64,000 nucleotides of DNA, from the NCBI GenBank assembly GCA_041483195.1, contig JBGPFC010000001.1, forward strand, positions 164,383-228,382, read 5' to 3'. The stretch comes from Candidatus Eiseniibacteriota bacterium. Lineage in GTDB: Bacteria > Eisenbacteria > RBG-16-71-46. The position numbers and the translations under genes were made by a program. Numbering within the stretch: position 1 is the stretch's first letter; every line of letters begins with the position of its first letter. This document shows, piece by piece, positions 37,515 to 47,571 of this stretch. The notes beneath the pieces were generated by a model, which did no database searches, was not told the origin of the DNA, and saw nothing but the letters and a program-made list of their open reading frames with translations.

Positions 37515-37850
37515 TCAGGTGCTCGCCGCGTCCTTGCGGCGCGTGTAGATCATCTCGAACTGGAGCTGGATCAGCACCCGGCAGTCCTCGCAGTCGCCGC
37601 GGATCTGATCCGGCCGCACCGGATCGGCGGCGACTTCGAAGCCCAGCGCTTCGTAGAGCCGCTTCATTTCCTCGGCGCGCGCCCCGCTCGCGATGAATCG
37701 CCGCTCCCACCCCGCCGCGACGCGCGCGGGGTCCGCCTCGATCTGCGCGTCGCTCAGCGCGCGCTGCGCCTCGCCCGCCACGATGAACCGAAGCGGACCG
37801 ACGTTGCGCTCGGGTGCGGGCGGGACCTGCGCGCCGTCGCCGTCAGCCAT
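37515..37850 (-). CDS. Small hypothetical CxxC protein at the end of the benzoyl-CoA reductase operon
   Basis: 111 aa; GWERRF...LYEALGFEV...CEDC...IYTR; 15 nt downstream of the second activase. Confidence 0.65.
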   Translation of the reverse strand: MADGDGAQVPPAPERNVGPLRFIVAGEAQRALSDAQIEADPARVAAGWERRFIASGARAEEMKRLYEALGFEVAADPVRPDQIRGDCEDCRVLIQLQFEMIYTRRKDAAST

Positions 37851-37865
37851 CGGACCGCGGCCCCT

Positions 37866-38726
37866 TCATGGGGCGTCCGGCCGCGCGGATCGCGCGGCGG
37901 CCCGGCCGACCCGCGAGAGATCGGCGCCGTCGGCCTCGAGCTTTCGCATGCGGAGATGGCCCAGGAACGCCGCGCCGAAGGCCGGGACGAACTGCACCAG
38001 GTCCCCCGCCGGCACGTTGACCTCGGCGTGGAGCTCGCGTCTCACCACGTCGACCATCGTCGAGAAGCGCAGGATCCCGCCGATCAGGGTGAACTCCGGC
38101 TCCATGTTCACGCGCTTCAGGAGCTGCACCGAGCGGCCCACCAGCGAGACGATCGCGCCGTGCATGATGTCGGCCGGGGCCGCGCCCTGCGAGAGATGGT
38201 TGATGACCTCGGATTCCGCGAACACCGCGCACACCCCGGAGATGGACATCGGCTCCTTGGAGGTCGCGACCAGCGGTCCGATCTCGGCGGTCGTGAACCC
38301 CATGTAGCGCGCGGTCTTCTCCAGGAACGCCCCGGTTCCGGCCGCGCACTTGTCGTTGAGCCGGAACGATTTCACCCGCGCGCCGTCGGTCAGCCCGCTG
38401 GCCTTCATGGTCTGCCCGCCGACGTCCAGGATGGTGCGCGTTCCCGGGAACAGCGCGGTGGCGCCGCGCGCGGCCGCTGTGAGATCGGTGACGTTCATGT
38501 CGACGAACCGCGCCTGGTGACGCCCGATGCCGGTCGCCACCACGTAACTCATGTCGTCGGCGGTCAGGCCCGCAGCTGCGATCGCCTCCCGGTGCGCCCG
38601 CTCCGCCACCTCCGGCAGCTGGAAACCGGTCGGCATCATGGTGCGGCCCACGATCTCGTGAAGCTCGTTCAGGACGACGGCCTTGGTGTAGGTCGAACCG
38701 ATGTCGATGCCGGCCGTGTATCTCAT
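37866..38726 (-). CDS. Benzoyl-CoA reductase ATPase/activase subunit (BcrD position; BcrAD/BadFG/HgdC family)
   Basis: [29 protein letters not shown] and CAVFAESE. Confidence 0.85.
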   Translation of the reverse strand: MRYTAGIDIGSTYTKAVVLNELHEIVGRTMMPTGFQLPEVAERAHREAIAAAGLTADDMSYVVATGIGRHQARFVDMNVTDLTAAARGATALFPGTRTILDVGGQTMKASGLTDGARVKSFRLNDKCAAGTGAFLEKTARYMGFTTAEIGPLVATSKEPMSISGVCAVFAESEVINHLSQGAAPADIMHGAIVSLVGRSVQLLKRVNMEPEFTLIGGILRFSTMVDVVRRELHAEVNVPAGDLVQFVPAFGAAFLGHLRMRKLEADGADLSRVGRAAARSARPDAP

Positions 38727-39541
38727 GCCTCACCGTGCCTGGCATGCACCGGAACCCGGCCCGCGAGGATGTGATCCAGCGCGAACAGCGCGGCTCCGAG
38801 CGCGCCCATGTAGTGGGACTCCTCGCTCACGTTGACCTTCAGTCCGAGCTTCGCGTTCAGGGTCTCGATCATCGCGACGTTGCGCGCCACGCCTCCGGTG
38901 AAGGTCACCTGCTCCTCGACCCCGACCCGGCGCAGCAGACCCGCCGAGCGCATCGCGATCGACTGGTGCACGCCCAGCAGGATGTCCTGAATCTTCTTCC
39001 CCTTGCCGAGCCAGGAGAGGACCTCCGACTCCGCGAACACCGTGCAGGTCGTGCTGATCTTGACCGGCCGCTCGCCGCGCAGCGCGGTGGGCCCGAGCTG
39101 ATCGAGCGGAATGCTGAGCGCCGACGAGGCCGCGCCCAGGAACCGGCCGGTGCCCGCCGCGCACTTGTCGTTCATGCAGAAGTCGACGATCTCTCCGGTG
39201 CGCGAGACCCGGATCGCCTTCGTGTCCTGACCGCCCATGTCCACAACGGTCCGCGTCCCTGGGAACATCTGCACGGCGCCCCGCCCGTGGCAGCTGATCT
39301 CGGTCACCTGCGAGTTGCCGAACGTGACCTTGTAGCGCCCGTAGCCCGTTCCGACCACGTACTCGACCTCTTCCTCACGGACGTCGCCGGCGACCAGCGC
39401 CTGCCGGAACGCGTTCTCCGCGGCCAGCGTCACGTTCGCGCCGGTGTCCGTGAGCGAGCGACCGACGATCGACCTCGCCTCGTCGATCACGACCGCCTTC
39501 GTCTGCGTGGATCCGACGTCCACGCCCGCTGCGTATGCCAT
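38723..39541 (-). CDS. Benzoyl-CoA reductase ATPase/activase subunit (BcrA position; short form)
   Basis: [43 protein letters not shown] and CTVFAESE. Confidence 0.85.
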   Translation of the reverse strand: MAYAAGVDVGSTQTKAVVIDEARSIVGRSLTDTGANVTLAAENAFRQALVAGDVREEEVEYVVGTGYGRYKVTFGNSQVTEISCHGRGAVQMFPGTRTVVDMGGQDTKAIRVSRTGEIVDFCMNDKCAAGTGRFLGAASSALSIPLDQLGPTALRGERPVKISTTCTVFAESEVLSWLGKGKKIQDILLGVHQSIAMRSAGLLRRVGVEEQVTFTGGVARNVAMIETLNAKLGLKVNVSEESHYMGALGAALFALDHILAGRVPVHARHGEA

Positions 39542-39562
39542 GGTGCTCCGTCCTTTGCTGGA

Positions 39563-40867
39563 TCAGCGCGCGGCGCCGGCGGATTGGTGCCTGCGCGTCG
39601 CGAGCCCCTCGAAGAAGGCATCGATCCGGTTCTTGAGCTGCGCTTCCGATACCACGCGACGGTCCATCATGTCCGACTCGATGAACAGGCTCGCGATGTC
39701 CCCGCCGGCCATCAGCTCGCGGCGGCTGTCGGCGAGCCCGGTCGAGACCGTGCGGCAGCTCTTGATGGGGTGAAAGACGACGCCGTCGGCCCCGTAATCC
39801 CTGACCATGTCCGACAGCGGCTTCGTCGGGAAGAACATGCTGTCCATCGCGTCGCGCACGCCGACCAGCAGGCCCTCCGCGAGGCCTTCGATCGGGTCGT
39901 CGAGCCGGCATTGGAATCCGGTGTTCGATCCGCCCGAGGCGAACCACAGGTAGGTCGAGTTCACGAAGCTTCCCCCCAGCTCCGTGAACAGCTCGGTGAA
40001 GCGGCGGAAGATCGGGTAGCAAGGCACGCCCACGAAGATCAGCCGGTACTTCTCATCGGTCAGCGTGCCGATCCCGGCGGCGCCCTTGTACTCCATCTCC
40101 TCGACCAGCTCTGAGAAGTAGCGTGCGCCCTCCGCGGTGCCGCGCTGCGCGTTCGCGACGCCCAGGAAGATCGTCCCGTCGGAGAGCGCGTTGAACGGCG
40201 CGGGGCGGCTGCGATTGAGCTCGAGCACGCGCTTCCACTTGCGGTTCATCGTGTTCGCGTGCGCCATGTGCTCGCGCAGGCGGTCGATGTCGAACCGGAC
40301 GCCGCTCACCCGCTCCAGCAGCGGAATGAGCTCGCGGATCTGGGCCGCGACGTAGCGGCGGTCGTTCTCGAAGTCCGGTTCTCCCGGCCCCGAAGTGGAG
40401 CCGGCCGCGCGGCTGCCCGGCACGTCGAGCGTGAACGTGGGGATGTCGTACATGCGCTCCCAGATCTCCCCCCACTTGATGTAGGTGTTGCACGCGTTCG
40501 TGAAGACCGCGATCGCGGGCTTCGGAATCCTCCCCATCGGGAGCACGCCCGAACGCATCTGGGTGGCGACGTCGGCCTTCACGTAGCCGCAGATGTCCGG
40601 CGAGTAGCCGTAGTCCTCGGCCTCGTTGAGGTACTCGTGTGCCACGCGGCGCACGGCGGTCTGGAGCGAGTTGATCTCCGGGAACACGAGCGGGAGATCG
40701 AACGTCCGGATCAGCTCGGCCAGGCTGCCCATCACGAACACGTACGCCGCCCCGCGGCCCTGCTCTGCGGCGCGGGTCAGCGTTTCGAACCATTCGCGGA
40801 ACAGGCGGGCGCCCTCCTTGTTGCCCCTTCCTACGATCGTCGCGTCTCTCTCTCCGTCTGCGGACAT
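39563..40867 (-). CDS. bcrB: Benzoyl-CoA reductase subunit B (2-hydroxyacyl-CoA dehydratase family)
   Basis: PEIN, GYSPDICGYVKAD, NACNTYIKW, HPIKSC, IESD and QLKNRIDAFFEGL; resembles Thauera-type BcrB; operon context. Confidence 0.8.
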   Translation of the reverse strand: MSADGERDATIVGRGNKEGARLFREWFETLTRAAEQGRGAAYVFVMGSLAELIRTFDLPLVFPEINSLQTAVRRVAHEYLNEAEDYGYSPDICGYVKADVATQMRSGVLPMGRIPKPAIAVFTNACNTYIKWGEIWERMYDIPTFTLDVPGSRAAGSTSGPGEPDFENDRRYVAAQIRELIPLLERVSGVRFDIDRLREHMAHANTMNRKWKRVLELNRSRPAPFNALSDGTIFLGVANAQRGTAEGARYFSELVEEMEYKGAAGIGTLTDEKYRLIFVGVPCYPIFRRFTELFTELGGSFVNSTYLWFASGGSNTGFQCRLDDPIEGLAEGLLVGVRDAMDSMFFPTKPLSDMVRDYGADGVVFHPIKSCRTVSTGLADSRRELMAGGDIASLFIESDMMDRRVVSEAQLKNRIDAFFEGLATRRHQSAGAAR

Positions 40868-40881
40868 GGGTGGCCTCTCGC

Positions 40882-42051
40882 TCAGTCGAACATCAGGTTT
40901 TCGACGAACGTCTCGAGCTGGATCGCGAGGTGCTCGAAACTGGTCATGTTCTCCTCGAACTCGCTCACGAAGTAGGGGATGTTGGCGCGGTCGAGCGCGT
41001 GGGTGTACGCCACCTGCTCCTCGAGCCCGGGCTCGCACATCTTGGCCGCCGTGACGATGACGGCGCGCGCTCCGGCGCGCTGGATCCGCTCCAGCAGCAT
41101 CTTCTCCTTGGGCTTTCGCAGGTCGTGCTGCACCGGGCTGTACGACGAGCGCTCGAGGTACGCGACCGCGAGATTCGCGAGCGGATCGCCATCGAGCGGG
41201 ACGTCCTCGAGGATCCAGCGCATGCCGATCAGGAAGTCGTCGTCGACCACGTAGCACGAGCGGCCGATGGCGCGGATCAGGTCGAGCGGCGGCTGCTCGC
41301 AGAATCCGCCCTCGAACACGATGCGGATGCGGTCCTGCACCCGCGCTTCGCTCCCGGCGATCAGCGGCAGCGCCGCGCACAGCAGCGCGTTGTGTTCCTC
41401 GCGCCTGACCATCCCGCCGACCGCCATCAGCGCGTACGCGTCGTCGGCCGACAGCTGCCACGGGGCTTCGCGCTTGATGTCGTAGAGGCGGCGCAGCAGC
41501 GCGCGGTTCTCGTTGTACACCCCGATCGAGCTGCGCAGGCCGTCGGGGGTGATCGCGCAGCCGGCGACGCCCTCGATGCGCCGCGCCAGCCGCTGGTACT
41601 CGCCGCGCAGGTACTCGGGCGCGTGAGCGGAGTTCGCGTTCTGCGGGAGGTAGAGGATCTCGCATGGAAAGTCGAAGTTGCGACCCCACACCCCGGCCAT
41701 GTTGCGCGCGGCGTCGCAGATCGGGTGCGTCACGAACATGTCGATCCGAACGCTCCCGTTCAGGGCGACCTCGAGCGTCGTCTTGACGATCGAGCACAGG
41801 TAGGAGCCGAACCTCGAATCGGACTGCGTCGGCTCGATCGGGGCGCCGCGGAGCCGGAACGGGAGCATGCCGGCGGCGTGCGCGATCTCCTCCGGGAAGT
41901 ACACCTGGAAGTGCCCGAGCACCTTGCCCCCCGCTTCGCGCCAGCGCGTGACGGTCGGGAAGCTCGCGTCTTCCACCAGCTCGCGACAGCGGTACAGGAT
42001 CTCGTCGATCGGTTTGCCTTCCCACTCCGGGAACGTCTTGAGGTTCGTCAT
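40882..42051 (-). CDS. bcrC: Benzoyl-CoA reductase subunit C
   Basis: [47 protein letters not shown] and KMCEP; ATGA overlap with dch. Confidence 0.8.
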   Translation of the reverse strand: MTNLKTFPEWEGKPIDEILYRCRELVEDASFPTVTRWREAGGKVLGHFQVYFPEEIAHAAGMLPFRLRGAPIEPTQSDSRFGSYLCSIVKTTLEVALNGSVRIDMFVTHPICDAARNMAGVWGRNFDFPCEILYLPQNANSAHAPEYLRGEYQRLARRIEGVAGCAITPDGLRSSIGVYNENRALLRRLYDIKREAPWQLSADDAYALMAVGGMVRREEHNALLCAALPLIAGSEARVQDRIRIVFEGGFCEQPPLDLIRAIGRSCYVVDDDFLIGMRWILEDVPLDGDPLANLAVAYLERSSYSPVQHDLRKPKEKMLLERIQRAGARAVIVTAAKMCEPGLEEQVAYTHALDRANIPYFVSEFEENMTSFEHLAIQLETFVENLMFD

Positions 42052-42806
42052 TGGTTCTTCCACATGGGAGTGCGCTTCTCGAGAAACGCCCGCAGCCCTT
42101 CCACCGCATCCTCGGTCTGCATCAGCTCGTTCACGTAGATGGACTCCGCGGCCGCCAGCGCCTCCCCGCGATCGGCGGAGAGGCCGGCTCGCAGCGCGCG
42201 CTTGGTCAGGCGCAGCGCGGCGCCGCTGTGCCGGGCGATGCGCCCCGCCAGGTCCGCGGCCTCGGCCTCGACCCGATCGTCCGGTACCACTCGGGCGACC
42301 AGCCCGCCCTCGCGCGCGCGCCGCGCGTCGATCGCCTCCCCCCCGAACACCAGCTCGGCCGCGAGCGCGGGGCCGCAGCGCCGCGGCAGCAGCGCGCAGG
42401 CCGCGGGCGGCAGCACGCCGAGCACGATCTCGGGCTGGCCGAAGGTGGCGCTCTCACCGCACACGATCAGGTCGGCCGCCTGCGCCACCTCGAAGCCCCC
42501 GCCCAGGCACCTCCCCCGCACCGCGGCCACCACCGGGGCCGGAAACTCCGCGATCATCCTCACGCTCGCGACGAACTCCGGGATCAGGTCGCGGAACTGG
42601 GGCGGCAGGTGCTCGCCCACGTCGGCGCCCGCCGAGAAATGCCGGCCCTCGGCCGCGAGCACCACGACGCGCAGGTCGCGCTCCCGCGACAGCCGCTCCA
42701 TGGCCCCGCGCAATTCGGCGAGCATCGCCCGGGTGAGGATGTTGAGCGGCGGATGGCAGAGCGTGAGCGTCGCGATCCCTTCCCCGTACGCCGTGCGGAG
42801 GGTCAT
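42048..42806 (-). CDS. dch: Cyclohexa-1,5-diene-1-carbonyl-CoA hydratase (crotonase family)
   Basis: [28 protein letters not shown] and IY..ELM.T.DAVEGL.AFLEKR, Dch-like; adjacent to bcrC. Confidence 0.78.
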   Translation of the reverse strand: MTLRTAYGEGIATLTLCHPPLNILTRAMLAELRGAMERLSRERDLRVVVLAAEGRHFSAGADVGEHLPPQFRDLIPEFVASVRMIAEFPAPVVAAVRGRCLGGGFEVAQAADLIVCGESATFGQPEIVLGVLPPAACALLPRRCGPALAAELVFGGEAIDARRAREGGLVARVVPDDRVEAEAADLAGRIARHSGAALRLTKRALRAGLSADRGEALAAAESIYVNELMQTEDAVEGLRAFLEKRTPMWKNQ

Positions 42807-43312
42807 GCGCCCGATCCCTCCCGTGCCGCGGGCTGGGCCGGTTTCGCGCCGCGCACGCCGGCGTCCATGCCGGCCACCTTCGACCACGCCGTCTGCGGCC
42901 GCTCGAGCGTGTAGAACACCCGCAGCTCCTCGGCGTCCTCCTGGATCCGCGGCACGAGCTGGAGCTTCATCCCGATCGCGATCTCGTCCCGCGCGACGGT
43001 GTCTCCGAGCCACGCCAGGGCACGGCCGCCCTCCTCGAGATCCACGACGCCCACCGTGTACGGAGCGTGCCGCTCGAACCCGGTCGGCGCCGCGACGATG
43101 GTGGTGAAGGTGTGAAGCGTGCAGCGTCCGCTGATCTCGACCCACTCGAACTCGCCGCCCATGCAGGCGTCGCAGTCCGCCCGCGGCGGAAACGACCGGG
43201 CGCCGCATGCGCGGCAGCGGGAGGCCGTGATGCGGCCCTCCTTCAGGTGCGTCGCGAACTCCGAGACGCGCGTGCTGGGTGTGAAATTGACGACGCCGAA
43301 CCACTTGAACAT
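42803..43312 (-). CDS. DUF35 zinc-ribbon/OB-fold acyl-CoA-binding protein (thiolase partner)
   Basis: CRAC...FPPRADCDAC followed by an OB-fold (PYTVGVVDLEEG). Confidence 0.88.
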   Translation of the reverse strand: MFKWFGVVNFTPSTRVSEFATHLKEGRITASRCRACGARSFPPRADCDACMGGEFEWVEISGRCTLHTFTTIVAAPTGFERHAPYTVGVVDLEEGGRALAWLGDTVARDEIAIGMKLQLVPRIQEDAEELRVFYTLERPQTAWSKVAGMDAGVRGAKPAQPAAREGSGA

Positions 43313-43315
43313 CGC

Positions 43316-44470
43316 TCAGTCCCTCGTGAGCACCTGGACGAAACAATACTGGCCGATGCCGCCGACGTTGTGGGTCAGCCCCACGCGGGCGCCCGGCACC
43401 TGCCGCTCGCCGGCCTCGCCGCGCAGCTGCTTCGCGATCTCGCAGGTCATCGAGACCCCGGTCGCCCCGATCGGGTGGCCCTTCGCCTTGAGGCCGCCGT
43501 CCACGTTCACCGGGATGCGGCCGCCGATGTAGGTCTGGCGGTCCGCGACCAGGCGGCCGCCTTCGCCCTTCGCGCAGAACCCGAGATCCTCGTAGGCCAT
43601 GATCTCCGCGATCGTGAAGCAGTCGTGCACGTCGGCCACCTGGATGTCGGCCGGGCCCACCCCGGCCATCGCGTAGGCTTCGGCGGCCGCCCGCTCCGCG
43701 CTCGGCAGGCCCGTGAGGTGGGAACGCCGCAGCACCGACATGCTGGCCGAAGCCGCGCCCATCCCCGCGAGCCACACCGGCGCGCTGGCGATCTCGCGGG
43801 CGCGCGATTCGGTCGCGAGGATCACGCACGCCGCGCCGTCCGCATTCGCGCAGCAGTCGTACACGCGCAGCGGCGTCGCGACCTCGTCCGAGGTCGCGGC
43901 CTTCTCCGGCGTGATCTCCTTGCGGAACATCGCGACCGGGTTGAGCGCGCCGTAGTGATGGTTCTTCACCGCCACATCGTTCAGGTGCTCGGGCCGCGTG
44001 CCGTACTCGTGCATGTGGCGCCGCGCGAACATCGCGTAGTAGGCGGGGAACGTGGTCCCGAAGCACGACTCCCACTGCACCTCTCCGACCCGGCCCATGA
44101 GCGCGAGGATCTCGGCGGTCGGAAGCTCGGTCATCTTCTGGCAGCCGATCACGGCGACCACCGAGTGGGCGCCCGCGCGGATCGAGAGCCAGGCGGTGCG
44201 GATCGCGGCGCTCCCGGAGGCGCACGCCACCTCGACCAGCCAGGTGGGCTTCGGCACCAGCCCCACGTATTCCTGCACCACCCCGGCGAGCGAGCGCTGC
44301 TTGTGATACTCGGGGACCGCCGCGATCACCGAGGCGTCCACAGCGTCGCGATCGATCCCCGCGTCGCGGAGGGCCGACGCGAACGCCTCGAACGCCAGCT
44401 CCTGAACGCTCGCGTCGCCGCGCCGTCCGAACACGGTGTGACCGACCCCCACGATGCCCACCCGGGGCAT
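43316..44470 (-). CDS. SCP2/archaeal-type thiolase
   Basis: EVACASG, KNH, ADGAA, HDCF, GGLKAKGHPIGATG and HNVGG. Confidence 0.88.
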   Translation of the reverse strand: MPRVGIVGVGHTVFGRRGDASVQELAFEAFASALRDAGIDRDAVDASVIAAVPEYHKQRSLAGVVQEYVGLVPKPTWLVEVACASGSAAIRTAWLSIRAGAHSVVAVIGCQKMTELPTAEILALMGRVGEVQWESCFGTTFPAYYAMFARRHMHEYGTRPEHLNDVAVKNHHYGALNPVAMFRKEITPEKAATSDEVATPLRVYDCCANADGAACVILATESRAREIASAPVWLAGMGAASASMSVLRRSHLTGLPSAERAAAEAYAMAGVGPADIQVADVHDCFTIAEIMAYEDLGFCAKGEGGRLVADRQTYIGGRIPVNVDGGLKAKGHPIGATGVSMTCEIAKQLRGEAGERQVPGARVGLTHNVGGIGQYCFVQVLTRD

Positions 44471-44489
44471 GCCGTCTCCCTTCGCCCGC

Positions 44490-45233
44490 CTAGATGTACT
44501 GGCCGCCGTCAACCTGGATCACCTCGCCGGTGATGTGTCGTGCCCGGTCGGAGCACAGGAACACCACGGCATCCGCGCAGTCCTCGGGGGTCGCGAGGCG
44601 GCCGAGTGCCGTCTCGTCCACCGCCCGCTCGATGACTTCGGCCGGCAGCGACTTCGCCATCGCGGTGAGCACCATGCCCGGCGCGACGACGTTCACGTTC
44701 ACGTTGAACTTGCCGGTCTCCCGCGCCAGCGTCTTGCTCATCGCGATCACTCCTCCCTTCGAGGCCGCGTAGTTCGCCTGGCCGAACTTCCCGCGCAGGC
44801 CGTTGATGGACGCGATGTTCACGATCCTGCCGCCCTTCCGATCCACGAACAGCGTGGCCGCCGCGCGGTTGTAATTGAAGGTGCCCTTGAGGTTCACATC
44901 GATCACGGAGTCCCACTGCGCCTCGGTCATCTTCCACACGATCGCGTCCGAGGTGATGCCCGCGCTGCACACGAGGATGTCGAGCCGGCCCAGCTCGCGC
45001 GCCACGTCCCGCACCACCCGTTCGGCGCCGGCGAAGTCGCGGACGTCGGCCTGCACCGCGCGAGCCCGGCGGCCGAGCGCCTCGATCGCGCGGAGCGAGG
45101 CGGGAGCGACCGCCTCCCGGTCCACGATCGCGACGTCGCACCCTTCGCGCGCGAGCGCGATGCCGATCGCCGCGCCGATGCCCGCGGCTCCGCCGGTGAC
45201 GATCGCCACCTTGCCATCGAGCCCCAGGTTCAT
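44490..45233 (-). CDS. Short-chain dehydrogenase/reductase (candidate 3-hydroxypimeloyl-CoA dehydrogenase)
   Basis: TGGAAGIG, NIASING, YAASK and VDGG. The substrate is inferred from context only. Confidence 0.8.
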   Translation of the reverse strand: MNLGLDGKVAIVTGGAAGIGAAIGIALAREGCDVAIVDREAVAPASLRAIEALGRRARAVQADVRDFAGAERVVRDVARELGRLDILVCSAGITSDAIVWKMTEAQWDSVIDVNLKGTFNYNRAAATLFVDRKGGRIVNIASINGLRGKFGQANYAASKGGVIAMSKTLARETGKFNVNVNVVAPGMVLTAMAKSLPAEVIERAVDETALGRLATPEDCADAVVFLCSDRARHITGEVIQVDGGQYI

Positions 45234-45301
45234 CGCGATCCGCCTCTTCGTTCCCGCCTCACGACCCCTCCCCGGCGCGCGCCGCGGCGCGCCTCACGCG
45301 A

Positions 45302-46405
45302 TCAGCGTTGCTCCTGCAGCTGGCGATACTGCGGCGAGATCGCGCGCAGCAGCTCGTCGTCCCACGGATGCCCCTCGGCGAGCAGCTGCCGGAGCCTGAT
45401 GAAGTCCACCTCGCGCCGGTCCTTCGGCCCCTCGTTGAATGCACGGAAGCCCGCCCGGCCCTCGGTCATCATGTTCAGCGCGAGCCATTCGCGATTCGTC
45501 ACGCTGGTATTGTCCCAGTGCCACTGCTTGTGCTTGCGCAGGCTGTTCAGGGTCTTCGAAACGCATTCCGGCATCAGCATCAGCAACTTCGTGCACAGCT
45601 TCTCGACGGCCTCGTCGAGCATGGCGAGATCGGTCGCGGCCCGGACCATCAGCTCGCGGGCCGCCTGTCGGTCGGCGCCCTGCTTGAACTCGCCGAACAC
45701 GATGTTGCCGAACGCGTCGGTGATCCGGTCGGTGATCACGAGCGGGTTCGGAATCCAGCTTCCGTCCACCCTGAGCACCGGCACCAGCTGGTTGATGAGC
45801 CCCAGGTGGAGCGCCCTGTGCGCGCTCCACATCTCGCACAGCACGCCGCTCTCCATCGCGTGCGCGAATCCCACGTAGAGCGGCAGGAAATCGGTGGAAC
45901 CTCCATCGGGCGCCGAGCCGTGCCGGGGACCGGCCTGCCCGAAGGTCGCGGTGTCGGCCGCGATGGTGAAGTCGCAGGCCATGCCGATCTCCTGGCCGCC
46001 CGCGACGCGCATGCCGTTGACGCGGTTGATGACCGGCTTGTCGCAACGCAGGATCACGTCGATCATGTCGTTGAACAGGCGCATGTACTGCTTGTATTCC
46101 TGCGGATTCCCAGCGTAGTACTCCGCGTACTCCCGGGTGTTGCCGCCTGTGCAGAAGGCGCGATCGCCCACCGCCGTGAACACGCAGGCCACCACCCGGC
46201 GGTCCATGCTCGCCTGGCGGAAGGCGAGGATGATCTCCTTCACGGCATCGGTGGTGTAGCTGTTGAACTGCGAAGGGTTGTCGAGAACGATCCAGGCGTT
46301 GAACAGGCCGTCGACGGGCTTGCCGGCGGGATCGATCGCTGGCCGCAGCTCGTAGTGGATCGCCTTGAACTCCCAATCGGGAACCAGCGTGTGGCTCTTC
46401 AGCAT
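45302..46405 (-). CDS. oah: 6-oxocyclohex-1-ene-1-carbonyl-CoA hydrolase (ring-opening)
   Basis: NAWIVLDNP.QFNSYTT, FCTGGNT.EYAEYY, GGQEIGMACD, GSAPDGGSTDFL and WLALNMMTEG.AGF.AFN. Confidence 0.92.
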   Translation of the reverse strand: MLKSHTLVPDWEFKAIHYELRPAIDPAGKPVDGLFNAWIVLDNPSQFNSYTTDAVKEIILAFRQASMDRRVVACVFTAVGDRAFCTGGNTREYAEYYAGNPQEYKQYMRLFNDMIDVILRCDKPVINRVNGMRVAGGQEIGMACDFTIAADTATFGQAGPRHGSAPDGGSTDFLPLYVGFAHAMESGVLCEMWSAHRALHLGLINQLVPVLRVDGSWIPNPLVITDRITDAFGNIVFGEFKQGADRQAARELMVRAATDLAMLDEAVEKLCTKLLMLMPECVSKTLNSLRKHKQWHWDNTSVTNREWLALNMMTEGRAGFRAFNEGPKDRREVDFIRLRQLLAEGHPWDDELLRAISPQYRQLQEQR

Positions 46406-46448
46406 GTCGTGCTCCTCCGCGCGAGTTCCCGCGCTCACTCGTCCCACT

Positions 46449-47504
46449 TCAGGCCGGCCAGTCCGGCTCCAGAATGGCCCGCTTCTCGATCTGGTGATCC
46501 GCCACCCGCTGCAGCACGAGCGGTCCGTCGCTCATCGGGTGGCGTTCGATGAACGGCCGCAGCGTGATCTTGCGGTCCAGGACCAGCTGGAGCGCGTCCG
46601 GGTAGAGCTCCGGCTTGCACCCCCAGGTGCCCTGGATGGTGGCGTCGAACGCCATGAGGTTGCTCAGGCGCAACTCGGTCTTCGCCAGCGTGAACCCGAC
46701 GACCATCAGCGTGGCCGCGTAGGTGAGCAGCCCGTAAGCTGTCTCCTGACCGCCCGGATGCCCGGAGCATTCGAAGATCCTGTACCCATGGGGCGCACAG
46801 CCCCACGCCTTCGCCTGCGCCTGCACCCGCTGCTTGAGCGACTTGAAGTCGGTCGCCGCCGAATTGATGGTGAGCCCGGCGCCATGCGCCGCGAGCGACG
46901 CGAGGCGCGCGTCCGCGACGTCGATCGCGACCACGTGGGCGCCGAATGCCGCCGCGATCTGCGCGCAGTACGCTCCCACCCCGCCGACCCCCACGACGAT
47001 CGCCAGGTCTCCGGCCGAGAGCCCGCTGCGCACGATCGCCTGGTACGGCGTGGTGACGGCGTCGGCGATCACGGACAGCTCTGGCAGCTCGTAGTCGCCC
47101 CGGGAATCCACGACGCACAGGCCGCGCGCCGGAACGGCGATGTACTCCGCGAACCCGCCGGCCAGGTCGTTGCCGGGCATGACCTGGCCGCGGCAGATGT
47201 TCCCGCGTCCGCCGCGGCACAGATCGCAATCGCCGCACGGGATCACGGCGGGGACGATCACCTCGCGATGCAGCAGGTGGCGATGCGGCGCCTCGGCGCT
47301 CACCACCGTTCCGCTGATCTCGTGGCCGAGCGTGAGCGGCAGCGGATGATGGGTCGGGACCCCGTCCTTCCAGAATCCGATGTCGGTGTGGCAGACGCCG
47401 CAGCCCGCGACCCGGATCAGCACATCGTCCGCGCCCGGCGCGGGGATGGGCACGTCGTGGATCTCGAGCGGCTTGCCCGCCGCCACCAGCTGGACCGCCT
47501 TCAT
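46449..47504 (-). CDS. had: 6-hydroxycyclohex-1-ene-1-carbonyl-CoA dehydrogenase (Zn-MDR)
   Basis: GCGVCHTD, LGHEISG, VPAVIPCGDCDLC..G...C, MPGND, ADAVTTPYQ, IFECSG and RLSNLMAFD...WGC. Confidence 0.9.
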   Translation of the reverse strand: MKAVQLVAAGKPLEIHDVPIPAPGADDVLIRVAGCGVCHTDIGFWKDGVPTHHPLPLTLGHEISGTVVSAEAPHRHLLHREVIVPAVIPCGDCDLCRGGRGNICRGQVMPGNDLAGGFAEYIAVPARGLCVVDSRGDYELPELSVIADAVTTPYQAIVRSGLSAGDLAIVVGVGGVGAYCAQIAAAFGAHVVAIDVADARLASLAAHGAGLTINSAATDFKSLKQRVQAQAKAWGCAPHGYRIFECSGHPGGQETAYGLLTYAATLMVVGFTLAKTELRLSNLMAFDATIQGTWGCKPELYPDALQLVLDRKITLRPFIERHPMSDGPLVLQRVADHQIEKRAILEPDWPA

Positions 47505-47571
47505 CGCTCGCCCTCGCGGCTCGCGCCGGATGCGCCGCGTTCGAGTGGGTCGCGCGCGAAGCCGGGCATCG

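Noticed and set aside
39563..44225. Apparent fusion ORFs 39563..42109 and 42048..44225 in the ORF track
   Set aside because: The N-terminal parts are out-of-frame read-through across real genes; the true starts are 40867 (bcrB) and 42806 (dch).
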